Source of the DNA: the human T2T-CHM13v2.0 reference genome, Homo sapiens
Direction: 5' to 3' (one strand)
NCBI RefSeq assembly: GCF_009914755.1
Contig: NC_060936.1
Length of the DNA: 64,000 bases
The translations under genes and the position numbers were made by a program. The notes under the pieces are model-generated. The model was given only the letters and a program-made list of their open reading frames with translations, did not search any database and was not told the origin of the DNA. Shown piece by piece: positions 1-10,500 of this stretch (position 1 is its first letter; the number at the start of each line of letters is the position of its first letter).

Positions 1-520
1 ATCTGCACAGTGGATATGTTCTAAGACCCCCAGTGGATGTCTGAAATCATAGATAGTACTGAACTGTATATATACTGTGTTTTATCTATACATACATACC
101 TTTGATGAAGTTTAATTTATAAATTAGGCACGGTAAGAGATTAAAACAAACTAATAATAATGAAAAAGAACAATTATAACAATATGCCAGCATAAATACT
201 CTTGCATTTTGGGGCCCTTATTAAGTAAACTAAGAGTGACTTGAACACAAGCGGTACCATACCACCTTAGTCAATCTCATAACTGCGACAGCTGAGTGAC
301 TAATGGACAGGGAACTTAGGCTGTGCAGGTATCCTGGACGAAGCAATGATTCATGTCCCAGGTGAGATGGAGCCATACACTATATAAAGGATTTGATCAC
401 ACTACTCAGAAGAGTGAACAATTTAAAACTCATGGATTTTCTCTTCCTAGAGTTTTCCTTTTAATATTTTTGGCCGTGGTTGAGCCTGGGTAACTAAAAC
501 CACAGAAAATGTAATTGTGG
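1..520. mobile_element. MER44/Tigger7-like DNA transposon remnant (KLRC4 unit, no MER30 insert)
   Basis: ggatatgttctaagacccccagtggatgtctgaaa and aaattaggcacggtaagagatt motifs; paralogous copies at ~10770-11320 and ~26190-26740. Confidence 0.65.
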
Positions 521-666
521 ATCATTCCTTAACATTTATATCAACATTTCACTAACTTTCAACATCTTTATTTATGGCTATAATTGCACTTAAATTTATT
601 CATAATGTTATTCTGAACCTGTCCTTTTATATTCTTCTACTATATAGCATCATTCAAAAAACTTAC

Positions 667-767
667 TTCAATTTGAACGTTGAGCCATTTATTGACACCC
701 ATGGATGATCACTGCTACTACGAGAGATGCCAACCCATGAGAGAACTGACAGGGAGCCCAGAAATTT
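667..767 (-). pseudogene. Latent KLRC4 lectin-domain exon 5 homologue downstream of the KLRC4 stop
   Basis: 101 nt, the same length as the matching KLRC3/KLRC1 exons. Sites TTAG|AAA and AA|GTAAGT; reads KFLGSLSVLSWVGISRSSSDHPWVSINGSTFKL without a stop. Confidence 0.85.
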
Positions 768-2469
768 CTAACGAAAAATAAAAAATTTTCATTTAAATAA
801 TAACTATAAAAGATTTTACTAATTTTTAGGTGCTTTCTTTGAATTCTAAACTTTTATTAATTTTTAAAAGTGCAGGTAATACATTCTTTCAAAGGATGCT
901 TAATTTTCAAAACAAAATAAATACCTTAAACAAAATAGTAAACTTGAAAACAACTTTTATAGTGTAAAAAGCTATTACAAATTTTTGTAATTTTGACTTA
1001 AAATGAACTCTTCAATTTTTATACTTAGTACATTCATTCTTCTTATTTTAACAAGCAAAATTGTGATTCATGTAATTTAACAGTTGCTTGTGTTGGTAAG
1101 ACAGACACAGTAAGAACTGAAATAAATTTCCTGATACTGTGCATGTATTTCTCCAGATATTCTGATTAAATAAATGTATTTTTCCACTATGTGTCTCATA
1201 GTGGAACTTTTCCTCCTTGAAGTTTAGAAGGAAATTGAAAGGTTGCCATTGAGGAAATAAATGACACAGCAGCCAAAAATTGGCTTTTCTGGGCACCACA
1301 CCACTCTCTAACTAGATAAGCCCTCACTTTTATCTGATTTGGTTTTGGTGGAATAACAATGGTCTTGACCAGGTACATGGACTCCTTTTTCTCTGCTACT
1401 CCCTAATAAATACAACTCTAAACTCTGCAAGTAATGAAAGACACACAGGAAAACTCTGAAAGGTGGAAAGAGGAAGGCAAAATAGTTTGGGACCCCAGAA
1501 TCAGGGATCAACAGAGTGTCCGGGCATCTTCAGTCCCCCACTCAGCAGAAGAAAGTGATCTAGTCCTCTGTTTCTCAGAACCAAATCTGGTAACAGGAGG
1601 TGGGTCAGCTAAGCCCATTCCCACTCTGTATTGAAAGGGAGTCCTGCCAGCAACATTAGGCAAGCCTGGTACCACTGGCAAGGATGACCTACCAGGAGGC
1701 CTGCTACCAGTTAGGAGCTAGAGGAAGTGCTTCTCCTCCCAAACCAAAAGACATCAGGGTAGGTGCGGTGAGAGGGATCAGCAAAGGAACCGCATGACTA
1801 CACGTGCCCATCCAGGTTCCTCTTTGTTCCTGAGGGCACGAGACTCACTTCCCCATCCAGAGACACAGGACTGAACAGATTGTAAATGTTCTATGCACAT
1901 CATGCAGCAATGAAAAGCAACAAACAACAGCTAACTGCATTATTGCACAAATATCATATAGGAGTAAAAGAAGACACACATGAAAATACACATTGTATGA
2001 TTCCCTTGACATAAATTCTGGAACAGGCAAAGCTTATTTATCACATTAAACATCAATACAAAGGTTTGGAGAGGAGGCAGGAAAAGTGAGGAAGGCATAC
2101 ACAGGAGCAGGACTGCTGGGGCTGGAAACTTCTATTTCATGATCTGCCCTGTATCATGAATCCATTCACTTTGTGATCAATATGCATGACCATGACATGC
2201 TTAGTTTTCTTTATATTTATTTTGTGATAAAAACATTTATAGAAGCATGGGTTTCCATGAAAAGCAAAACTGGAAATAACCAAATGTGCATTAACAGTAT
2301 ATGAATATAAAAATATTATGAAGTCAGTTGAATACTACACAGACTTAAAAATATATGAAGTAAATATATGTATAAACATATGGATGATTTCTACAAATAT
2401 GATATTGACAGAAATAAGCTTTTAGTAAAGTGTTGAAACATTTACGTCTTACCATTTCTTCCTCATTAT

Positions 2470-4392
2470 CTATAGAAAGCAGATCAGAGTTCTTCGAAGC
2501 ACAGGCCAGCAAACTCTTTCTTCCCAAGTTCTTCTTTCCTTACCAATGTAATAACAACTGTTGGAATATGTAATCCACTCCTCAGGACAATGGCCACAAT
2601 GACGTGCTAAATAAAAATATGAATTACTATGCAAAACAATATGTTTACAAATGAAAATTATTTTATATATTTGCAAAGCTATAAACATACAGGTACACAA
2701 TATCTGCATCCTCATAAGTTGTTAAATATATATTTTAAAATAACGAGTCACTCATACGCACATGCACAATAAAAGGTCCACCTCTCATCCCTTAATTGTG
2801 TTCCCATACAAAACAAGCCCGCCAACAAAAATCCACCCTACACATCTTAAACATCACTGAACAAAACTGCTTTTTAAGTATAGTAAAATTATTTATCTCT
2901 TATCATCTTATAGTAGTAGGAAATTTCAGTTAATTAAATGCAACAAGAGGGTATAATGATTTTAACTGAGCATTTCTACTTATTATTGGAGAAAAGGACA
3001 TGCCCTCATATAATCTTTATTTTATAAACATTTATGGCTCATTGTTATAGTTTATTTTCCCAAAACATTTTATTATCATTTTGCATCCCTTTAGAGACAA
3101 AATATAAACTGTACTAACATCAGAACATTGACAATCATAATGTACCTTTCTGCATTCTTCTATTCAGGGAAAAATTGTTCTGCTCCAGTACTCCAATACC
3201 TAGAAAAATTAAAGTGATTCTTACAAAATTAATATCTAGACAAATTATAATAAATTCAGTTGCTTACTTTGAAATACAAAATTTAAAATTATTTTAAATT
3301 GGAACAATCTGAAATAAAAATGACTTTTCTATAAAAATAATGAGATCTTTAAAACAAATATTTTTAAAGCCATTAGCATAAAACTTCACCATCTCTTATA
3401 GTATTTGATCTAACCACTTTCAAAAATTAATTTGTTTTTCTAAATATTTTTTCTCTTAAAACATGTCTTTGAGTCATGAAATCAGAATACATCTCTCTGT
3501 GTGTGTATCATATATACATATATATTTAGTACACACAAAAAAATAAATGTTTTCTACAATTATTCTGTTATTTATAAATTTGAAAAGTTCAGAAGCAGCA
3601 TATTATCTTGGGGTTCAGAGATATACATTAAACAGAGAATTCTAATCCTCATTATTATGAAATGTTTCAAGGCGCTTCCAATCATTATAGTGAAAAGTTC
3701 CCTTATAATCTTTCAAGAATATGCTTACAAGGAATAAGAACTATTGTTTTTAACACAGTGGCCATCAGGACAATGCAAATGATTCCTAGGACCTCAGCAG
3801 TGAGCTTCTCTGGAGGTGGCAGTAAACCTGCAGGGAGAGAAAGAGGCACTGAGAGAGGGGAGATAGAGAGTTGATGAGAAGGTTTACGTACAAGAGAACT
3901 CACGTGCACAGGAAAACATAATGATAAACTCTGTCCTCTAAATCTACATCTACTCTAGTAATCTTTCTCTCAGAATATACCATTTCATTATCAGTAAATA
4001 TAATGCTCCATGAGTTGTTAATCACAAATTACAATTGAACAATGCCTGAATAAAATCAGGCTTCAGATTTCATATTAGAATATTAGATCCTGACTTTGAC
4101 CTCTGATTCTCACAAGTGCAAAATATTCCCTAATCTTTCCCCACCTTTCTGCATTCAACTGCACATCCTAGAACAATAATATTGAAGATCTATTTAATGT
4201 TTTACCTTTGCAGTGATATGTCTTGTCATTCCCTTGATGATCCGAAGAAGCATTTTGAAGGTTTAATTCTACTTGGAATATTTCCTGTTTGGTTCCTGAA
4301 ATGGAGATTTTATTGCCCTTAAGTTTCCTTTGCTGCCTCTTTGGGTCCTGGGCCAGACTCACTTCTGAGTAGGTTCCTCTTTGTTTATTCAT
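2470..4392 (-). CDS. KLRC4: NKG2-F type II membrane protein (158 aa), C-type lectin domain truncated by a frameshift
   Basis: Exons 4392-4206 (187 nt, [11 protein letters not shown]...YHCK), 3827-3729 (99, TM with Lys), 3199-3146 (54, [18 protein letters not shown]) and 2606-2470 (137, ARHCGHC...[16 protein letters not shown]). All GT-AG; total 477 nt = 158 aa + stop, matching NKG2F. Confidence 0.97.
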
Positions 4393-6221
4393 CTCTGCAG
4401 CTGTGTGATGTCAGGGACTGTGCTCTATGATAACTGCACTTAAGAAGCTATAAGTGGTGTATATTTTGACAGGATCCCTGGTATAGGCAAACTGCATGTG
4501 TTGGAGGCTGAGTAGTAATGTTCATTTTGCTGTTGACCAATATAAAAGTCTGGTACTAATTTCCTAAAGTTTTAAACTGAAATCTCTTTAAACAATAGGT
4601 CACTTTTTAAAAGGCCTTCTATATTTGACATAATATTATTAATGGGAACAATAAAAAACAATACATTTGTGAAAACTAAGAAGTAACTGAATATAAATAT
4701 CTTTATTAATTTAAAATCAGATTCTACAGAAATATTTTATCACCAATAGAATACCTGTGTAAAAAACTAAAATTGAAATTTGAAAATAAAATGCACTAAT
4801 TGTATGACAATTTTAAAATTCATTAATGTAAGGATTGAGCACTAAAGATGGAGGAATAATTTGTTGGCATATAGAACAACTTTTAATACTAAAATACATT
4901 AAGTTAGTGACTTACATTCGTTTACTAAAAGGGCATGAGGTCTTGGCAAATGTTTTTTATTCTGAATGATTGAGGAAAACAGAAAAATTGTTAAAATTTT
5001 AAAGAAATATTTTATACCTTGTAAAACATTACATTAACTTATGCATAAACTAAATACTACTGAAAAAGATTTAACTCTTTATTTTACAGAATTGATTGGT
5101 AATTGATTTAATGACTAAAATAGGAAAACTGAAAATGATAAATATAAGTTTGGACCATCTATGAAAGAACACTTTAAGTTCAAACTTTCAGAAAGACCCT
5201 GTGGTTGTTTTAAAAGGCAGCGAGGGTCACTTTGGTTGTGTAAGTAATTGTAATAAATCAGAAAATATAATTTAATAATCTAGTCAATGAGCTCTGTAGC
5301 CAGTGAGACCTAAAATTAATTACAGCTTTGAAACTCATAATGCATGACCTTTACAAAGTTACTTGGTGTCTACAACACCAGTTTACTAATCTAGATTGGG
5401 GAAAATAATTTATGAAGTATAATGTATATAAAACCCTTAACATACAACCTGGCACACATTAGTCCTCAATACATATTAGATATTTTAATTATTTTTAACA
5501 CAATTGCCATTTTATTATTTCTAATTCATACTGAGTGTGTAAAATAACTAATGAGGTAGGAGTCTCATGTCAGTGTAGTACATCTTTTTTGCAATGTTTG
5601 TTTGGCTCAATTTTTTTTAGGTCGTCCTATTATTTATAATTAAGTTTAGATTTGCATTTTATGGAAACTACTTCATTATTACATTCTTAAAAAAATAAAA
5701 TCTGCTTCAATTAAATATAAGTATGTGTATGAGAAATTATGTTTGACATTCACAATTTGATGTATCCATTAAAAATGCATTTTTAAAGTCTGGGCTAAAT
5801 ATAAAGTATTATTACATCTATAATGATTATAAAATTTCAAATTAATTCTTCATTGTCGTGATATTTATCGGTTTCACTCTAAATTATATTGATTAACAAA
5901 CCTATTATGATGTATGCATGTGCTTGACTAATTCTCCACAGGCAATAATGTAAATACTTTAAGAAATCCTCAAACATATATTATATTTTGGGTTGCTTTT
6001 CACCCTGAATTATTCATGTACAGACAGTTCTACTTTGATTTTATTCTGTATTAACTTTACCTTGTTGCATCACATTTAATATTTACAATTTTCTACTAAA
6101 GGAGATGAGCTAGTAGAGAAACAGGAGACTAGCAACACATACCTTCTGTCATCAGAAAGTCACACGCCCCTTAGTGGAGAGGTCAGGTTACCTCTTAACG
6201 ACACAAAAGACATCTGTGATC

Positions 6222-6423
6222 CGGTGAAACCCCGTCTCTACTAAAAATACAAAAACTTAGCCGGGTGTGGTGGCGGGCGCCTGTAGCTGCTTGGGAGGCT
6301 GAGGCAGGAGAACGGTTGAACCCGGGAGGCGTAGCTTGCAGTGAGCTGAGATCGGGAGCCACTGCACTCCAGCCTGGGCGACAGAGCGAGACTCTGTCTC
6401 AGAAAAAAACAAAAAACAAAAAA
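6222..6423 (+). mobile_element. 5'-truncated Alu (AluS/Y-like)
   Basis: Starts at ...ggtgaaaccccgtctctactaaaaatacaaaaa, has the right arm and A-tail; degenerate TSD aaaagacatctgtgatc / aacagatatctctgatc. Confidence 0.9.
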
Positions 6424-7144
6424 CAGATATCTCTGATCTTCACAGACTGCCCTGTGAAAGCTCAGAGTGAGGCAAGAGTGCAAAAAGCAGATTCCTCATC
6501 AATGTATCACTTCGGATTTGAACAGGAAGTTTTCACACTAGGGCCATTTTGAATCAGTTTATCTCATCATACACCTCAGAATATAAGAGACTGAGCTGCT
6601 AGGGTGTCATTTAGTTTGTCCATTTTCAAGTGACTTTTAGAAATTATTTTTATAGTAAACAAGATTTGGGGAGAACAAAGACTACTACCCATGCAGTTGT
6701 TTCCATCTCAATCACAAACACTAAAATCTTATACCTTTTTCAGAGTCTCTTACATGTTTAACTTCTACATTTACACAGGGTGGCTAAAACTTGGGATTAC
6801 GTACTTCTTTATCATATACCCCTATAATATCACTGCTAATATGACGATAAATTTTTAAAATAATAATCTTACCAATAGGAATTTAATGTATTTGTCACTA
6901 ATTATTCTGAGAAAATACATTTCCACTTCATTGTAATTGACATCAATTCTCAAAGTTAAATTCCCAACTTACTTTCTTGATAGTTCTTAAAATTCTCTCA
7001 TTCAGTTTTTTAAAAATAAATTAATCAGATAACTCTCATTGAAATATATGTCTCTGGGAAGAATAAATAATTAAAAAATATTGTACTATATCACCACGCC
7101 AGAGATTGAAATATATAAAAACCACTCATTATATTGTTCATTGA

Positions 7145-7150
7145 TTTATT
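7145..7150 (-). terminator. Probable KLRC3 (NKG2E) polyadenylation signal AATAAA
   Basis: First AATAAA I find on the minus strand past the Alu-exon stop (~240 nt downstream). Confidence 0.5.
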
Positions 7151-7322
7151 TTCCAATCATAACGGTCTGCATTTTAATATTAATATTTGTTGTAAATGAC
7201 TAATGCTTAAATCAAACTATATAGAGAGGGAAAAGTAATTTTTAAAACATCATCTAGTTAAAAATAGGGAGGGCAGAAAAAGTAGATTTTTAAAACACAA
7301 GCTAAATGGTACATGAGCACTC

Positions 7323-7557
7323 AGGGGCGGTGGCTTGTGTCAGTAATCCCAGCAACTTGGGAGGCCAAGATGTGTTGATTTCTTGAGCTCAGGAGTTCAA
7401 GACCAGCCTGGTCAACATGATGAAACCCCGTCTCTACAAAAAAATACGAAAATTAGCCAGCATGATGGTATTGGCCTGTAGCCAGCTACTCTGGTTGCTG
7501 AGGTGGGAGGATCGCTTGAGCCTTGGAGGTGAGGTCGAGGCTGCAGTGAGCCGAGAT
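7323..7557 (+). mobile_element. AluJ-like element, 3'-truncated, exonised antisense as KLRC3 exon 7
   Basis: Left arm, linker and part of the right arm; ends abruptly at gagccgagat. Confidence 0.9.
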
Positions 7558-10500
7558 GAAATTTACTGAAATTGGGGAAATATACTTCATAATGATAAAT
7601 TAATTTTCCAAACCATTAGTAATATATTTTTTATCATTGCATATACCTAATGATACAAGTTCAACATATAATTGAATAAAGTGAACAAGTAAACAATCAT
7701 AAATGGGATTTTTAAAGACTCTTCTCTTGATGCTTAATACAAGACAGGCCAGTGAGCCTATAGAAAGATTTAAACTAGACAAGTAACCATCACTCATATG
7801 AATGCATTCACACACATATACTCACACGGATACTCAATTTCAATGTAGTACCGCTAGCCAAGCTTGGCTAGGAGACAGTTGAAATGTAGCTATTCAAATT
7901 TAACATTAATTAATAAAAATAAATAACATTTAAAACCAGTACCTCACCACATGAGCCACATTTATAAAGGGATGAAGAACATTTCCAGTTTAATAGAAAA
8001 TGTTCTAACTATATTTTACCTACAACAGAAGTCAATAAACAAAAATCTGAGAACCTTATATGGTTTTTAATTCAGTAATATATGTCAAAATAACATATGG
8101 GCCAAAGAAATTATCAAGATGAATGGTCACAAAGGACTACTAAGGGAAGATTTTGAAAAGGCACAGATATTTTATTCCCAGTTTAAACATGGCAATACCA
8201 TTATGGTCTTTACAGTTATTAAACAGGCAATAAAACTATATTATCAATGCATTTTAATGTCCATATGAAATAGAAAATTCCTGGGAAATGCTCATTACCA
8301 AAATATAGTACCTCAAATAGAAATCTGAGTAAACCCTACATGTATTGAAGAAATTCAGTTTAGCCATAAACTTTTCTACAAAAATAGCCTGCAAACTCAG
8401 ATGGCATAACTAGTGAATGATAACATTTAAAAATAAAGCGGTACTCTTTATTATCATTATTATATTTTAAGTTCTAGGGTATATGTGCACAACGTGCAGG
8501 TTTGTTACATAGGCATAGATGTGCCATGTTGGTGTGCTGCACCCATCAACTCATCATTTACATTAGGTATTTCTCCTAATGCTATCCCTCCCCCAACCCC
8601 CCACCCCCCGACAGGCCCCGGTGTGTGATGTTCTCCTCCCTGTGTCCATGTGTTCTCATTGTTCAATTCCCACCTATGAGTGAGAACATGCGGTGTTTGG
8701 TTTTCTGTCCTTGTGATAGTTTGCTGAGAATGATGGTTTCCAGCTTCATCCATGTCCCTGCAGAGGACATGAACTCATCCTTTTTTATGGCTAAAGCAGT
8801 ACTCTTAACAAATGCTTCCAGGTTATAGAGAAACAGAAAATCTTCCCAAGATAGCCTTGAGACCAAAACTTTTTCAAGTACATAGCTACAAATAAAAACG
8901 TGGTCAAATATCCTTGTGAACATAGATGAAGAAACATATCTTACCCTAGATATAGTAGTATGTGCACTGATATTTTATAAGGGGCAATATACAATGATCA
9001 GCATGGATTTGTTTCGGAAACAAAGCCTAGTTTAACATTTGACAAAAATAAAATTATTTTATAAAATGTTGTATAAAGAAAACATATATCATTCTAAGTA
9101 ATAAAAAATAAAAATGTTACAATTGATAACATCTATTGAAAAAAGGAATATTATAAAACCACTTCAATATAAGAAAGATATGATGAAAAAAACACCAAAC
9201 TTTGTAAATATGAATAATATGTTGAATTATTTTTTGCCAAAACCAGAAAATGATACATATGATACATGTAAAATTTGATTGTACCTTCTATTCAACTCTG
9301 GATATAAAGTACTAGCCAGAGAAAATAAATGAAGAAAAAATAAGTTGTGGCACATGGATAGAAAAAATAAAAGTGTGATTATTTGCAGGACACAGGCAGG
9401 GGAACATCACACACAGGGGACTGTTGTGGGGTGGGGGGAGGGGGGAGGGATAGCATTAGGAGATATACCTAATGCTAAATGACGAGTTAATGGGTGCAGC
9501 ACACCAACATGGCACATGTATACATATGTAACAAACCTGCACATTGTGCACATGTACCCTAAAACTTAAAGTATAATAATAATAAAAAAAGAAAAAAAAA
9601 GAAAAAGAAAAGAAAATAAAATTGCTGTTTATATAGAAAATCCAGAAAAATCTGTTTGAAATGATAGATTTAAATATGTAAAATAAGTGAAAATGCAGAC
9701 ATCAGTTGTATTTCTATTTACAGTAACAAAAGTTATTAAAGGGAATATTAAAATCAGAATGCTATTTACAAAAGCATGAATGTAAAATATCTGCATTTCT
9801 GTATGATTCAAACCCCCAAAATACATAATATGATAGAGAGAAATTAAAGAAAACCCCATACATTGAACCCAGTACATTGAAGGACACAATATGATATTGT
9901 ATGGAAATGTCAAGAAGCTAATCTTTAAAAATTACTTTAGAGATTAAATGCAGACTCAAGCAATCCCAGGACAGTATATATTTTTGTTTTGGACAGCTTC
10001 ATTGAGGTACGGTGCACATAGCATAAATTTCATCCACTTAAAATGATTAAAAATCAGTGATGTTTAGTGTATTCACAGAGTTACAACCATCACTGCTACT
10101 GAAATTTAGAAAGTTTTCATCACTGACACAAAGAAACATTCTAGCAATTAGTGGACACCTCCTATTTCAACCTCCCTTAGGCATTAGCAACGCTATTTTA
10201 TTTTCTGTCTCCATGGTTTTGCTTGTTCTTGATACTTCATATAAACTGACCAACATAACATGCAACTTTTAGGAAGCCTGAATGCCACAAACATCACGTT
10301 CAGCAAAATGAGCCTGACTTAAATGCGAGGGTATCTGTACTTCCGTAATTGTGTGTATTATATTTCAATAATTGATTTGGAATTTTCTTATTATTAGAGC
10401 AAATAACACAATTCATTTTAAGGCTTATGCAATCATAATATCATTTCTGTTTGAACAAATATAAAATTTTATCTGATGCACTGCAAGCTCAAGCGCTTTA

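Noticed and set aside
1-660. KLRK1 (NKG2D) coding exons
   Set aside because: No NKG2D peptide is visible; the gene is expected further left, outside the window.
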